NCBI GenBank assembly: GCA_965230515.1
Contig: OZ246007.1
Location: 3,476,261-3,540,260, forward strand
DNA: 64,000 nt
Direction of reading: 5' to 3'
DNA from: Pseudomonadales bacterium
Lineage (GTDB): Bacteria > Pseudomonadota > Gammaproteobacteria > Pseudomonadales > IMCC2047
Part shown: piece by piece, positions 49,416 to 60,348 of the stretch
Layout of the letters: every line of letters starts with the position of its first letter
How positions within the stretch are numbered: position 1 is the first letter of the stretch
Translations under genes and position numbers: made by a program
Notes under the pieces: generated by a model
The model's database searches: none
What the model saw: the letters and a program-made list of their open reading frames with translations, nothing else
Told to the model about the DNA's origin: nothing

Positions 49416-50420
49416 ATGGAATTTGAGTTTGCATATGGCGTACCGCCATGCAGAGCACTCATTCGGGCAAAGCCTGAGCATTTTGTTGTTCAGGAGATAC
49501 TGGGCTTCTCTCTTTCCGGTGAGGGTGAACATACCTTTCTGAAGCTTCAGAAAACAGGGTTGAACACCGATTATTTGGTAGAACAGGTATCCCGTTTGGC
49601 GGGCGTTCGAAAAATGGATATCGGTTATGCTGGAATGAAAGACCGGCAGGCGGTTACCAGTCAGTGGTTTAGCGTGTATCTGCCCGGCAAAGAGGGCCCT
49701 GATTGGCGCCGGCTTGAGGAAATTCCCGGTGTGAAGCTTTTACAGTTGGGCCGGCATACACAAAAACTGCGTCGAGGTCAGCATTCGGGAAACCGTTTTT
49801 GTATTCGGCTCAGCCAGCTTGTCGATGAACCTAGTGATCTGATTGGCCGGTTGAATTTGATCAGTAGGGGTGTGCCAAACTATTTCGGGCCACAGCGGTT
49901 TGGTCAAAATGGTGGTAATCTGGTGGCTGCCGACAAAATGCTAAAAAGAGAGATTAAGCCGCCGGGTAGACATTTAAAAGGTATTTACCTTTCTTCTGCG
50001 CGCTCATACCTCTTTAATTTAGTGTTATCCGAGCGGGTTGCAGATGGCAGTTGGTTAGTAGCCGAAACGGGTGACTGGTTGGCGAATACGGGTGTCTATA
50101 GGCAGAGAGAGTTTCCGACAGGGCCGCTTTGGGGCAGGGGGCGTATTGCTACTGAGAGCCGTATTGCATCGATTGAAAACAAAGTGGCTCACCGTTTTCC
50201 GCAATGGCATCATGGGCTTGAACATTCTGGTTTACAACAGCAACGCAGGCCGTTATGTTTGTTGCCAGAGGCGTTGCAGTGGTCCATAAACGGGGATGAG
50301 TTAGAGCTTGAATTTGTATTGCCACCTGGTGGTTATGCGACGAGCGTAATCAGAGAGTTGTGTGCATACCAAGATGGTGGAAAACAGCGGGCCAATATAC
50401 CAAGGGGCGAGTCGAGTTGA
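49416..50420 (+). CDS. truD: tRNA pseudouridine(13) synthase TruD
   Basis: [47 protein letters not shown] and NYFGPQRFG blocks. By comparison with E. coli TruD the start is probably the ATG at 49416. Confidence 0.9.
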   Translation: MEFEFAYGVPPCRALIRAKPEHFVVQEILGFSLSGEGEHTFLKLQKTGLNTDYLVEQVSRLAGVRKMDIGYAGMKDRQAVTSQWFSVYLPGKEGPDWRRLEEIPGVKLLQLGRHTQKLRRGQHSGNRFCIRLSQLVDEPSDLIGRLNLISRGVPNYFGPQRFGQNGGNLVAADKMLKREIKPPGRHLKGIYLSSARSYLFNLVLSERVADGSWLVAETGDWLANTGVYRQREFPTGPLWGRGRIATESRIASIENKVAHRFPQWHHGLEHSGLQQQRRPLCLLPEALQWSINGDELELEFVLPPGGYATSVIRELCAYQDGGKQRANIPRGESS

Positions 50421-50434
50421 TTAGAAGCAGGCAA

Positions 50435-51085
50435 ATGAGCGGGATCGGTATGACCTCCCAGCGTACGCGTGACCGGCTAATAAAGCGGTTACGCCGGGAG
50501 GGGATCGCTAACGAAGCGGTGCTTGAAGTGATGCTGAATACCCCCCGTCATATTTTTGTGGATGAAGCGCTGGCACACCGCGCATACGAAGATACGGCGC
50601 TTCCGATTGGTTATAACCAGACATTATCGCAGCCCTATATTGTGGCGCGAATGACAGAAGCTCTGCTTGCCAATGGCCCGGTTAAACGGGTTCTGGAAGT
50701 AGGCACTGGTTCAGGCTATCAGACAGCAATATTGGCGCAACTGGTTGACCAGGTCTTTAGTGTGGAACGAATTCTCCCCCTACAGGAGATGGCAAGAGAG
50801 CGTATGGGAGTTCTGGGTTTGCGGAATGTCAAAATGAAACACGCGGATGGTGGTATGGGATGGCCGGAGAAATCTCCGTTTGACGGGATTATTGTTACCG
50901 CCGCACCACGGGAATTGCCTGGTGAGTTGATCGAACAATTAGGGCCGGAGGGTAGACTGGTGATTCCGGTCGGACCTGAACGGGACCAGGATCTGGTGCT
51001 GGTTACCAAGAAAGGTGGTGAGCAGAAACGGGAAGTGTTGGAACCGGTCAGGTTTGTGCCCCTCCTTAGCGGTGCGGTTCGCTAG
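50435..51085 (+). CDS. pcm: Protein-L-isoaspartate O-methyltransferase
   Basis: [21 protein letters not shown] and the [19 protein letters not shown]-binding motif. The start is set at the ATG at 50435. Confidence 0.93.
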   Translation: MSGIGMTSQRTRDRLIKRLRREGIANEAVLEVMLNTPRHIFVDEALAHRAYEDTALPIGYNQTLSQPYIVARMTEALLANGPVKRVLEVGTGSGYQTAILAQLVDQVFSVERILPLQEMARERMGVLGLRNVKMKHADGGMGWPEKSPFDGIIVTAAPRELPGELIEQLGPEGRLVIPVGPERDQDLVLVTKKGGEQKREVLEPVRFVPLLSGAVR

Positions 51086-51097
51086 CCCGGCTCGCTC

Positions 51098-52009
51098 ATG
51101 TCCAAATCCACTAGTAATCAAGGGCTTTTTCTAAGAGGTATGGCGATGGGTGCTGCCGATGTGGTGCCCGGAGTTTCGGGTGGCACAGTTGCCTTTATAA
51201 CCGGTATTTACGAACGACTGATCGACGCTTTGGGTGCGGTTAATCTGCATTTTATTCGGTTGCTGATTGGTGGGCAGTGGCAGTCAGCCTGGCGCCATAT
51301 AGACGGCACATTCCTTCTGTTGGTATTCGGCGGTGTTCTGGTCAGCGTCATATCGCTGGCAAAACTGATGAGTTGGCTTTTGGTTAATCAACCAAAAATG
51401 ATCTGGTCCTATTTTTTTGGCCTGATACTGGCTTCGGTGGTTTATCTGGCAGGGCAGGTACAACTCAGGCAATGGCAGAACCTGGTGATGTTTATATTGG
51501 GGAGTGTGGTCGCCTATCAAATTACATTGATTGCGCCGGTTCAGGTGGAGCCGACGGGTCTGACCATTTTTGGTGCAGGAGCGATTGCGATTTGTGCCAT
51601 GATTCTGCCAGGTATTTCGGGTAGTTTCATACTCGTTATACTTGGTATGTATGAGCCTATTATTAATGCACTAAAGGCCTTTGATGGATCAGTGCTTGGC
51701 TTGTTTGTGCTGGGTTGTATAACCGGTCTGTTGAGTTTTACACACCTGCTCTCCTGGTTGTTGCACCGTTACCATGAACTGGTTTTGGCGTTGCTGACGG
51801 GATTTATGCTGGGATCGCTTAATAAAGTCTGGCCCTGGAAACACACGGATAACGTGGCCGGAAAATTAATCGAACGTAATCTGGGGCCGGGTCAGTATGA
51901 AACGCTGGTGCAGGCTGATGCCCAGGTACTCATAGTGGTTGCTATGGTGACCATTGGATTGTTGACAGTTTATGCCATTAATTATGCGGGTAATGTGCGC
52001 TCGCGCTAG
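51098..52009 (+). CDS. DUF368 polytopic membrane protein (PopT-type candidate undecaprenyl-phosphate translocase family)
   Basis: GAADVVPGVSGGTVAFITGIYERL and the repeated ILPGISGSFILVILGMYE motif are the DUF368 hallmarks. There are about 8-9 TM segments. Confidence 0.8.
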   Translation: MSKSTSNQGLFLRGMAMGAADVVPGVSGGTVAFITGIYERLIDALGAVNLHFIRLLIGGQWQSAWRHIDGTFLLLVFGGVLVSVISLAKLMSWLLVNQPKMIWSYFFGLILASVVYLAGQVQLRQWQNLVMFILGSVVAYQITLIAPVQVEPTGLTIFGAGAIAICAMILPGISGSFILVILGMYEPIINALKAFDGSVLGLFVLGCITGLLSFTHLLSWLLHRYHELVLALLTGFMLGSLNKVWPWKHTDNVAGKLIERNLGPGQYETLVQADAQVLIVVAMVTIGLLTVYAINYAGNVRSR

Positions 52010-52745
52010 CCTGCTAGTCGCAGGGTTTTGTGTTGCGTTAATGATGCTGGCGGGATGCGTGAGCCATAACCACGCTCCGGTACGTGACCTGGAAAAGCCG
52101 CGCAAGATTACCTGGGGGCATCATCGCGTTGTTCAGGGGGATACCCTTTACTCGATCGCCTGGCGCTATGGTTGGGACTATCAGGCGCTTGCCAGAGCCA
52201 ACCGTATATCTAAACCCTATCTCCTGAAGCCGGGCCAGGTTATCTATCTAAATCGCCGGTCCAGTGAGCGTGGCAAGAGCTCTGCAAACAAAAAAGTGGT
52301 TGCGCGTAAACCGGCAGAAAAAAAGGGCAAGGTGGCGAAGCCCAAACCGACTGGTGACGTAGTGAAGCGAAAGATGAACTGGAGCTGGCCCGCTTCGGGT
52401 TCATTGGTAGGCAGGTTTTCAAGGTGGGGAGAGAACAAAGGTATTGATATAGCGGTCAAAGGTAACAATGCAGTTCGCTCGGCGGCAGATGGTATTGTGG
52501 TTTATGCCGGTAACGGCCTGATAGGGTACGGAAATCTGATCATTATTAAACACAATGATACCTACTTAAGTGCGTATGCGAATAATAGAACGATACTGGT
52601 CAAGGAACAAAAGAGTGTTAAAGTTGGAGAGAAAATTGCCGAAATAGGAGGTAATGGCGCCAGGAAAAGCAGCCTTCATTTCGAGATCCGCAAGAATGGT
52701 AAACCGGTTGACCCGTTAATCTATCTGCCGAAATCCAAAGGCTAA
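51993..52745 (+). CDS. nlpD: Murein hydrolase activator NlpD (LysM + M23 peptidase lipoprotein)
   Basis: Lipobox MMLAGC, a LysM block (HRVVQGDTLYSIAWRYGWDYQALARANRI) and an M23 block (GIDIAVKGNNAVRSAADGIVVYAG...HNDTYLSAYAN...LHFEIR). It lies directly upstream of rpoS. Alternative ATGs are at 51972 and 51984. Confidence 0.9.
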   Translation: MCARASLLVAGFCVALMMLAGCVSHNHAPVRDLEKPRKITWGHHRVVQGDTLYSIAWRYGWDYQALARANRISKPYLLKPGQVIYLNRRSSERGKSSANKKVVARKPAEKKGKVAKPKPTGDVVKRKMNWSWPASGSLVGRFSRWGENKGIDIAVKGNNAVRSAADGIVVYAGNGLIGYGNLIIIKHNDTYLSAYANNRTILVKEQKSVKVGEKIAEIGGNGARKSSLHFEIRKNGKPVDPLIYLPKSKG

Positions 52746-52910
52746 ACAATAAGGAGTTACAGTGGTTTTGATTGAAGTTACATTAAGTGATTTATATAAC
52801 ATGGTGAAAAAACGTGACTTTTTTTAAAAAAAGATTGATAATTTATAGCTATGTGAGATATAAATTACCTGTAGCGTGTGTGCTCCAGTATATAAAAAAA
52901 GGAAACGGCG

Positions 52911-53861
52911 ATGGATAAGTCAGAAAAAGTTGTCGCAGATAAAAAGAATAAAGAGGAAAGTGATGTGCTGACCGAGAGCCCGGTAGACAAACAGGAAGCA
53001 ATAATTAGTAAGGATTTGGGTAATCAAAAGACGTTGGATGCTACCCAGCTATACCTCAACGAAATCGGTTTTTCTCCGCTTCTGAATGCCGAGGAGGAAG
53101 TGTATTTCTCCAGGCTTGCATTAAAGGGAGACGAAGCTGCCCGTAAGCGGATGATCGAAAGCAACTTGCGTTTGGTGGTTAAAATTGCGCGTCGCTATAT
53201 CAATCGAGGTCTGACGCTACTGGATTTGATTGAAGAGGGAAATCTTGGTCTGATTCGGGCGGTGGAAAAATTTGACCCGGAACGGGGCTTTCGTTTTTCA
53301 ACCTATGCAACCTGGTGGATTCGTCAGACCATTGAGCGGGCATTGATGAATCAGACCCGAACCATACGTTTGCCAATACATGTGGTTAAAGAACTTAATG
53401 TTTATCTGCGAGCGGCGCGAGAGTTAACACAAAAACTGGACCATGAGCCCAGGCCGGAAGAGATAGCTGAAATGCTTGATCGCCCGGTTCAGGATGTAAA
53501 AAGAATGCTCAGTCTCAATGAGCGGGTCACTTCAGTGGATGTTCCGATGGGACCAGACTCTGACAAATCCATGGTTGAGAATATTACCGGGGAAGCGGTA
53601 ACAGATCCCTCAGAGTTACTGCAAAGTAGTAATTTGCATGGCAATTTGACGGGTTGGTTGTCAGAACTTTCATCCAAACAGCGTGAGGTAATCGCCAGAC
53701 GTTTCGGATTGTTAGGCTATGAGATGAGCACACTTGAAGAGGTGGGCCATGAAATTGGACTTACTCGTGAACGGGTGCGTCAAATTCAGGTTGAGGCGCT
53801 GAAACGATTGCGCAGCATTATGGAAAAAGAGGGCCTGAGTGGAGAAACAATTTTTAGCTAA
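52911..53861 (+). CDS. rpoS: Stationary-phase sigma factor RpoS
   Basis: Sigma-70 regions 1.2-4 with RpoS-typical blocks ([60 protein letters not shown]). It sits in the conserved position after nlpD. Confidence 0.95.
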   Translation: MDKSEKVVADKKNKEESDVLTESPVDKQEAIISKDLGNQKTLDATQLYLNEIGFSPLLNAEEEVYFSRLALKGDEAARKRMIESNLRLVVKIARRYINRGLTLLDLIEEGNLGLIRAVEKFDPERGFRFSTYATWWIRQTIERALMNQTRTIRLPIHVVKELNVYLRAARELTQKLDHEPRPEEIAEMLDRPVQDVKRMLSLNERVTSVDVPMGPDSDKSMVENITGEAVTDPSELLQSSNLHGNLTGWLSELSSKQREVIARRFGLLGYEMSTLEEVGHEIGLTRERVRQIQVEALKRLRSIMEKEGLSGETIFS

Positions 53862-53880
53862 GGTGAGCTTTTCAAAAAAA

Positions 53881-53909
53881 AGGGTGGCTAAAAAGCCACC
53901 CTTTTTTTG
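53881..53909. terminator. Rho-independent (bidirectional) terminator between rpoS and fdxA
   Basis: An 8-bp perfect stem AGGGTGGC/GCCACCCT with loop TAAAAA. An A-run precedes it and TTTTTTT follows it, so it works on both strands between the convergent genes. Confidence 0.8.
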
Positions 53910-53921
53910 TGGGGCTAAAAA

Positions 53922-54245
53922 CTAGCGCTCCAATTGGGCAAGTTTTCCGGGTTTTCCATCCCACTCTTCAGCGTCAGCAGGTGGATCCTTGCGTTCTGTA
54001 ATATTAGGCCAGGTTTCTGCCAGTTCAGCATTAATCTCGATAAACTCGTTCTGATCTGAGGGAAGCTCATCTTCAGAAAAAATTGCTTCCGCCGGACATT
54101 CAGGCTCACATAATGCGCAATCGATACACTCATCCGGGTGAATGACCAGAAAGTTGGGTCCTTCATAGAAACAATCGACCGGACAGACTTCAACGCAATC
54201 TGTGTATTTACATTTAATACAGTTTTCGGTGACAACAAAGGTCAT
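53922..54245 (-). CDS. fdxA: Ferredoxin FdxA (7Fe type)
   Basis: [29 protein letters not shown]...[12 protein letters not shown] is the canonical Azotobacter/Pseudomonas-type ferredoxin I Cys pattern. Confidence 0.93.
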   Translation of the reverse strand: MTFVVTENCIKCKYTDCVEVCPVDCFYEGPNFLVIHPDECIDCALCEPECPAEAIFSEDELPSDQNEFIEINAELAETWPNITERKDPPADAEEWDGKPGKLAQLER

Positions 54246-54325
54246 AAAAGAGAGTCTCCATAGCGCACTTGAGAATAACGCGACATTCTAATTTCCGCAG
54301 CGCAAATACACAAGCATCTTTTGCC

Positions 54326-56908
54326 TTACAACTTCTTTAAATCATAGATTAATTGCAGGGCATCACGTGGAGTTAAGCTGTCCGGGTCAATGTCATTGAG
54401 TCGCTCGACTGCCGGATGCGGCTGAGAAGCGCTGAATAGGTCGGGCTGTTTGTTGGGGCTATTATCTATGTGCAACTTAAAACTGGCTTCGCTTTGTTCC
54501 AGTTCCGCCAGTTTTTGTTTGGCTTCCTGAATCACTTCATAGGGTACCCCTGCGAGTTGCGCCACCTGCAGGCCATAACTTTGGCTGGCCGGTCCAGCCT
54601 GTACCTTGTGCAGGAAAACAATATGATCTTCATACTCGGTCGCATCCAGGTGGACATTGAGTGCCGTTGAAGCCACTTCTGGCAGGCTGGTTAGCTCAAA
54701 ATAGTGAGTTGCAAACAGGGTATAGGGCTTTATTCTGGTGGCGAGGTGGTTCGCGCTTGACCAGGCCAGCGAAAGCCCGTCAAAGGTGCTGGTACCCCTG
54801 CCAACCTCATCCATCAGGATCAGGCTGTTGGATGTTGCATTGTGCAGAATGTTTGCGGTTTCTGTCATTTCAACCATAAAGGTTGAGCGGCCACCGGCCA
54901 GGTCATCTGACGAGCCCATGCGGGTGAAGATGCGATCAACAGGCCCCAGCACGACTTTATTTGCTGGCACATAGCTGCCTATGCACGCTAGTAAAACAAT
55001 CAGTGCGGTCTGTCTCATATAGGTCGATTTACCGCCCATATTGGGTCCGGTAATGATCAACATTCGTCGCTCGTTGGACAGTTCTAGATCGTTCGGCACA
55101 AACGGTGTGTCCTGAAGCTGCTCTACCACAATGTGTCGACCCTGCTCAATAGTGATGCCGGGATCCGTTGTTAATTGCGGTGCGGACAGGTTCAGGGTAT
55201 CTGCCCTTTCTGCAAGGTTAACCAGAACATCCAGTTCAGCCAGTCCTGCAGCGGAATCCTGTAATGGACCTAGGTGCTCAGCCAGTTGTTCGATGAGTGC
55301 TTCATAGAGCATTTTTTCTCGTGCCAATGCGCGACTTTTGCTGCTCAGGGCTTTGTCTTCGAACTCTTTAAGCTCGGGTGTGATAAACCGTTCTGCATTT
55401 TTCAGCGTTTGACGGCGAATATAATCCGCAGGGGCTTGTGCCGATTGTAGGCGGCTGATTTCGATATAGTAACCATGTACCCTGTTATATCCGACCTTGA
55501 GGGTGCTGATTCCGGTTCGCTCTTTCTCTCGGGTTTCCAGGTCAACGAGAAATTGCCCGGCATTTTCACTGAGCCCTCTGAGTTCATCAAGTTCGGCATC
55601 AAATCCGGCGGCTATTACGCCACCGTCCCGAATCACTACCGGCGGATTGTCAATAATCGCATCTGCCAATAGCTTTTCCAAAACCGGGAAACTACCGATG
55701 GTAGCGGCGAGCTCGGTTAATAGAGGTGCTTCCATTGCCGCAAGTAACTCAATAATACCGGGTAGCTGTATAAAGGCTTCTCGTAGTTTTAGCAAGTCTC
55801 TGGGGCGCGCTGACCTTAGTGCAACCCGAGCCAGAATTCGCTCAATATCGCCTACCTGCTGTAACCCTTGATGCAGCGGTTCCCAGAGGTATCGGGCTAG
55901 CAGGTCTGCAACAGCCTGTTGTCGCTTTTTAAGCAGGGAATGATCGCATAAAGGTCTGTGAATCCATCTTGCCAATAGGCGACTGCCCATTGGAGTGGCC
56001 GTGCAATCCAGGACGGAAACCAGTGTCTTGTCCTTGCCTCCTGTAAGATTGGTATCCAGCTCGAGATTACGCCGTGTTGCGGCATCCAGAATAACGCTCT
56101 GTTCCCGGTGCTCAACACTGATACTACGGATGTGGGGTAAAGCAGTACGCTGCGTATCACGCGCATATTGCAACAAACATCCGGCGGCCTGAAGTGCAAC
56201 GGTCAATGTCTCGCAGCCAAAGCCGGCCAGATCCCTGGTGTTAAACTGTTGATTGAGTAGCCTTAGCGCGGTATCAGAATCAAAGTTCCAGGGTGGTTGT
56301 TTCCTCAAGCCAGGCCGGTCCGACCAGGTGGGATCCAGTTCTGATTCTTCATCGACCAGCAGTTCTGCAGGTCTGATTCGCTCAAGTTCACTCAGCAGGG
56401 CATCCGAACCGTTCACTTCAACAACATTGAATCGTCCGCTGCTGATATCGAGTACTGCAATACCGATCAGGCCTTGCCAGCCGGATTCTGTGTAGACAGC
56501 AGCCAGCAGGTTGTCACTCCGTTCGTCGAGGTAGGCATCGTCACTGAGTGTGCCCGGTGTAATGATGCGCACTACCTGTCTTTCAACGGGTCCTTTGGAG
56601 GAGGCAGGATCACCAATCTGCTCACAGATGGCGATGGACTCTCCGGCGCGAACCAATTTGGCAATGTATGCGTCTGCCGAGTGATAGGGAATACCGGCCA
56701 TCGGGATGGGTTGGCCTGCCGATTTGCCTCGCGCGGTTAACGTGATATCCATCAATGCGGCAGCTTTTTTTGCATCATCAAAGAATAGTTCGTAAAAATC
56801 TCCCATTCGATAAAACAGGAGTTCGTTTGCATGCTCCGCTTTTATTTTCAAATACTGCCGCATCATCGGCGTATGTTGTAGCTTTTTGTCGGTGGCTGCG
56901 GTTACCAT
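54326..56908 (-). CDS. mutS: DNA mismatch repair protein MutS
   Basis: [30 protein letters not shown] at the N-terminus, Walker [10 protein letters not shown], and [16 protein letters not shown]. Confidence 0.98.
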   Translation of the reverse strand: MVTAATDKKLQHTPMMRQYLKIKAEHANELLFYRMGDFYELFFDDAKKAAALMDITLTARGKSAGQPIPMAGIPYHSADAYIAKLVRAGESIAICEQIGDPASSKGPVERQVVRIITPGTLSDDAYLDERSDNLLAAVYTESGWQGLIGIAVLDISSGRFNVVEVNGSDALLSELERIRPAELLVDEESELDPTWSDRPGLRKQPPWNFDSDTALRLLNQQFNTRDLAGFGCETLTVALQAAGCLLQYARDTQRTALPHIRSISVEHREQSVILDAATRRNLELDTNLTGGKDKTLVSVLDCTATPMGSRLLARWIHRPLCDHSLLKKRQQAVADLLARYLWEPLHQGLQQVGDIERILARVALRSARPRDLLKLREAFIQLPGIIELLAAMEAPLLTELAATIGSFPVLEKLLADAIIDNPPVVIRDGGVIAAGFDAELDELRGLSENAGQFLVDLETREKERTGISTLKVGYNRVHGYYIEISRLQSAQAPADYIRRQTLKNAERFITPELKEFEDKALSSKSRALAREKMLYEALIEQLAEHLGPLQDSAAGLAELDVLVNLAERADTLNLSAPQLTTDPGITIEQGRHIVVEQLQDTPFVPNDLELSNERRMLIITGPNMGGKSTYMRQTALIVLLACIGSYVPANKVVLGPVDRIFTRMGSSDDLAGGRSTFMVEMTETANILHNATSNSLILMDEVGRGTSTFDGLSLAWSSANHLATRIKPYTLFATHYFELTSLPEVASTALNVHLDATEYEDHIVFLHKVQAGPASQSYGLQVAQLAGVPYEVIQEAKQKLAELEQSEASFKLHIDNSPNKQPDLFSASQPHPAVERLNDIDPDSLTPRDALQLIYDLKKL

Positions 56909-56995
56909 TATCAGTTGCTTCTGGTTTTCGAAAAGAAACCGATTTTACGTGATAAAGTGATCAGATATAAGCGCTAATTGGAGAACAGTTTCCAG

Positions 56996-57481
56996 ATGGA
57001 TGAAATCAGTTCATTGGTAGAGCAAACCGGAGTAGCGTTAATGGCTCGGGGAATGAAGATGGCCACAGCGGAGTCCTGTACGGGTGGGTGGATTGCCCAG
57101 CAGGCGACGGCGGTGTCCGGAAGTTCTGAGTGGTTTGATTGTGGGTTCATAAGCTATTCCAATGAAGCCAAGCAAACTATGTTGGGTGTGCAAAAGGCAA
57201 CCCTGCTTGCCCATGGGGCGGTTAGTGAGGCGGTGGTGATTGAAATGGCTCGTGGTGCTGTTACCCGTTCGAATGCTGACGTGGCTGTTGCCGTCAGTGG
57301 CGTTGCCGGCCCGTCAGGCGGCACAAAAGATAAACCGGTTGGTATGGTATGGGTAGCCTGGGCCAGAGCGGATGGAGTTGGAGATAGCCGCTGTTTTCAC
57401 TTTTCGGGTGATCGTCAACAGGTCCGGTGGAAAACCGTTGAAGCCGCATTTAAGGGCATTCTGGCCCTGTTGAAAAATTAG
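56996..57481 (+). CDS. pncC: Nicotinamide-nucleotide amidohydrolase PncC (CinA C-terminal domain protein)
   Basis: TAESCTGGWIA, FISYSNEAK and VAVSGVAGPSGGT are CinA/PncC blocks. It lies upstream of recA, as in Pseudomonas. Confidence 0.85.
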   Translation: MDEISSLVEQTGVALMARGMKMATAESCTGGWIAQQATAVSGSSEWFDCGFISYSNEAKQTMLGVQKATLLAHGAVSEAVVIEMARGAVTRSNADVAVAVSGVAGPSGGTKDKPVGMVWVAWARADGVGDSRCFHFSGDRQQVRWKTVEAAFKGILALLKN

Positions 57482-57512
57482 TGCTTTGCGGACTGAATGA
57501 AGTATGAAATAA

Positions 57513-57532
57513 TACTGTTAATATATACAGTA
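57513..57532 (+). promoter_or_regulatory. LexA (SOS) box upstream of recA
   Basis: TACTGTTAATATATACAGTA fits the gammaproteobacterial CTGT-N8-ACAG consensus (TACTGTATATATATACAGTA). It lies about 50 nt upstream of the recA ATG. Confidence 0.85.
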
Positions 57533-57582
57533 CTGTCAGCGTTTGTATTCTTAAGATCAATCAACATGAAAGAGGTGAACTA

Positions 57583-58614
57583 ATGGACGAAAACAAGAAG
57601 CGGGCACTTGATATGGCATTGTCGCAGATTGACCGCCAGTTTGGTAAAGGTTCGGTGATGCGTATGGGCGATCAGGAGCGACAGGATGTCCCCTCTATTT
57701 CAACAGGTTCTTTGGGTTTGGATGTTGCGCTGGGTATCGGGGGATTACCGAAAGGCCGAATCGTTGAGATTTATGGGCCGGAATCATCTGGTAAAACAAC
57801 TTTGACATTACAGGTGGTAGCGGAAGCGCAGAAAGCGGGAGGTACCACGGCTTTTATTGATGCTGAGCATGCATTGGATCCTCTTTATGCAGAAAAGATA
57901 GGCGTCAATGTCGATGACCTGCTGGTATCGCAGCCGGATACTGGCGAGCAGGCTTTGGAAATTGCTGATATGCTGGTGCGATCGGGCGCGGTTGATGTGT
58001 TGGTGATCGACTCGGTGGCAGCGCTGACACCCAAAGCAGAGATCGAAGGAGATATGGGTGACTCTCATATGGGCTTGCAGGCAAGGCTGATGTCTCAGGC
58101 ACTGCGAAAAATAACCGGTAACGTCAAACGTTCCAATTGTCTGGTGATTTTTATCAACCAGATCAGGATGAAAATCGGTGTGATGTTTGGTAACCCGGAA
58201 ACTACAACCGGTGGTAATGCTTTGAAGTTTTATTCTTCTGTACGTCTGGATATCCGTCGTATTGGCTCGATCAAGGAGGGTGATGAAGTCGTCGGTAATG
58301 AAACCAGGGTTAAGGTGGTAAAGAACAAGATGGCGCCGCCCTTTAAGCAGGCCGAGTTTCAGATTATGTATGGCAAAGGTATATATCGTCTCGGGGAGTT
58401 GATTGATCTGGGTGTCAAGCAGGGCCTGGTGGAAAAATCAGGGGCTTGGTACGCCTATGGTGGTAATAAAATAGGACAGGGTAAAGCCAATGCTGCGAGA
58501 TTTCTGGAAGAAAACCCTGATGTAGCCGAGCAGATAGAATCAAAAATCCGGACTGCATTACTGGGAGATGTGCCCGGTCAAAAAGAAACGGACGCACTTG
58601 AGGCAGAAGTCTGA
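57583..58614 (+). CDS. recA: Recombinase RecA
   Basis: Canonical RecA sequence ([53 protein letters not shown]). Confidence 0.99.
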   Translation: MDENKKRALDMALSQIDRQFGKGSVMRMGDQERQDVPSISTGSLGLDVALGIGGLPKGRIVEIYGPESSGKTTLTLQVVAEAQKAGGTTAFIDAEHALDPLYAEKIGVNVDDLLVSQPDTGEQALEIADMLVRSGAVDVLVIDSVAALTPKAEIEGDMGDSHMGLQARLMSQALRKITGNVKRSNCLVIFINQIRMKIGVMFGNPETTTGGNALKFYSSVRLDIRRIGSIKEGDEVVGNETRVKVVKNKMAPPFKQAEFQIMYGKGIYRLGELIDLGVKQGLVEKSGAWYAYGGNKIGQGKANAARFLEENPDVAEQIESKIRTALLGDVPGQKETDALEAEV

Positions 58615-58658
58615 GCAGAAAGTCCCTGGAAAAAACTTCAGAGATAAGGCGTGCCGCT

Positions 58659-59081
58659 ATGGATCTGCTGGCACGTCGCGAGCACTCGCGCTTCGAACTG
58701 GAGAATAAGCTGCAGCAGCGCGTTGCAAACTCAACAGTTCTGGCTGAGGTGCTTGACCAGCTGTCAAAGGAGCGCTTGCTGAGCGATGAGCGCTTCTGTG
58801 AGGCTTATGCGTATTACCGCAAAAACAGAGGTTTTGGCCCAGTACGTATCAAGGCAGAATTGAAAGCCAGGGGCGTTGACGAGCATCTGATCAGTGATTG
58901 CCTCAATGAGTACAAAGGTGATTGGCTGGGGGTTACGGTAGAGCTGATTAAGAAGAAGTATGGTGATACGCTGGAAATGGATGTTCAGTCACAGGCAAGG
59001 AGGCAACGTTTTTTATCTCAAAGGGGGTTCACCTTTGATCAGATAAAAAGAGCTATAGCGGAGTTGACCCGTCAAGAATAA
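58659..59081 (+). CDS. recX: RecA regulator RecX
   Basis: It lies directly after recA. LLARREHSRFEL and repeated three-helix segments are typical of RecX. Confidence 0.85.
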   Translation: MDLLARREHSRFELENKLQQRVANSTVLAEVLDQLSKERLLSDERFCEAYAYYRKNRGFGPVRIKAELKARGVDEHLISDCLNEYKGDWLGVTVELIKKKYGDTLEMDVQSQARRQRFLSQRGFTFDQIKRAIAELTRQE

Positions 59082-59135
59082 GTCGTTGATGCGAGGGGCC
59101 GGCAACGCTGGACCGGGAAGGGGTTGAGGATAGCA

Positions 59136-60005
59136 ATGAGACTGGCATTTATTGGATTGGGAGTGATGGGTTTTCCCATGGCCGGACACCTGTTGAAAGC
59201 AGGACATGAAGTGGTTGTCTATAACAGGACGTACCGTCGTGCTGAACAATGGGTGGAGCAGTGGGGTGGGCGAATGGAGATGACGCCAGCCGATGCTGCG
59301 CAAAACGCAGAACTTATATTTGCCTGTGTTGGCAATGACCAGGATTTGGAGAGTGTGACTCTGGGCAAGCAGGGTGCGTTTGAAGGTATGTCTGCCGGAT
59401 CACTTTTTGTGGATCATACGACGGCCTCTGCGGATATCGCCCGTCGGTTATTTGAGGCTGCTCGTGATAGGGGCTGCTCATTTATGGATGCGCCTGTTTC
59501 TGGTGGCCAGGCGGGTGCTGAGTTGGGTAAGTTGGCTATTATGGTTGGAGGAGATCCGGAAGATTTCAAGCGAGCGGAACCAGTTCTCTCCTGTTACGCC
59601 AAATCGATAAAGCTAATGGGTGGTGTGGGCTCCGGGCAATTAACTAAAATGGTTAATCAAATCTGTATCGCTGGATTGCTTCAGGGGTTGTCGGAAGGGC
59701 TAAACTTTGCCGACGCGGTTGGTTTGGATGGGCAGCAGGTAGTGGATGTTATTTCCAAAGGAGCGGCACAATCCTGGCAGATGGAAAACCGGTCATCGAC
59801 GATGCTGGCAGATGAGTTTGAATTTGGTTTTGCCGTGGACTGGATGCGCAAGGATTTAGCCATCGCAATGGCAGAGGCAAAACAAGTCAATGCGCCACTC
59901 CCTGTGACCGAAATTGTTGATGGTTTTTATCAGGAAGTACAGGCGATGGGTGGGGGCCGATGGGATACTTCAAGTCTTATCGCGCGATTGCGTGGTAAAA
60001 AATAG
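59136..60005 (+). CDS. NAD(P)-dependent oxidoreductase, 3-hydroxyisobutyrate dehydrogenase family
   Basis: MRLAFIGLGVMGFPMAGHLLKAGHEVVVYNRT Rossmann motif, plus DAPVSGG and GSGQLTKMVNQ blocks. Confidence 0.85.
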   Translation: MRLAFIGLGVMGFPMAGHLLKAGHEVVVYNRTYRRAEQWVEQWGGRMEMTPADAAQNAELIFACVGNDQDLESVTLGKQGAFEGMSAGSLFVDHTTASADIARRLFEAARDRGCSFMDAPVSGGQAGAELGKLAIMVGGDPEDFKRAEPVLSCYAKSIKLMGGVGSGQLTKMVNQICIAGLLQGLSEGLNFADAVGLDGQQVVDVISKGAAQSWQMENRSSTMLADEFEFGFAVDWMRKDLAIAMAEAKQVNAPLPVTEIVDGFYQEVQAMGGGRWDTSSLIARLRGKK

Positions 60006-60348
60006 TTGTTCATTTCTGGGGTTTAATTCCGGTTTAATGGCGTGCTGATTGACCAGATGATGTGCAAACCGAACAGTACGCCGGTTAAAGGTATGGAAAC
60101 AATAAAAGAATTTTGAGTCTACATTCTTTCGTTGACGGTTGTTACAGGAGCAACCCCCCTGGTGGTCGGCATTCCTGATTAGCAATACCTTTTGCAATGC
60201 CCGGCGTAGCGTCCATGGTGTGTTCAATGGTACTGTAAGCATTTATAGTGGTTTGTCGGGCAGAAGACATAAACAGGTTGTAGCGGTTATCAAACATAAA
60301 AGACATAAAAGAACAGAGGCGATTACTTCACAGCCAATCGGTCCGCTG

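Noticed and set aside
53915-54238. A second 107-aa ORF on the same strand as fdxA in another frame.
   Set aside because: The fdxA frame carries the complete 7Fe ferredoxin Cys pattern. The alternative frame has none.
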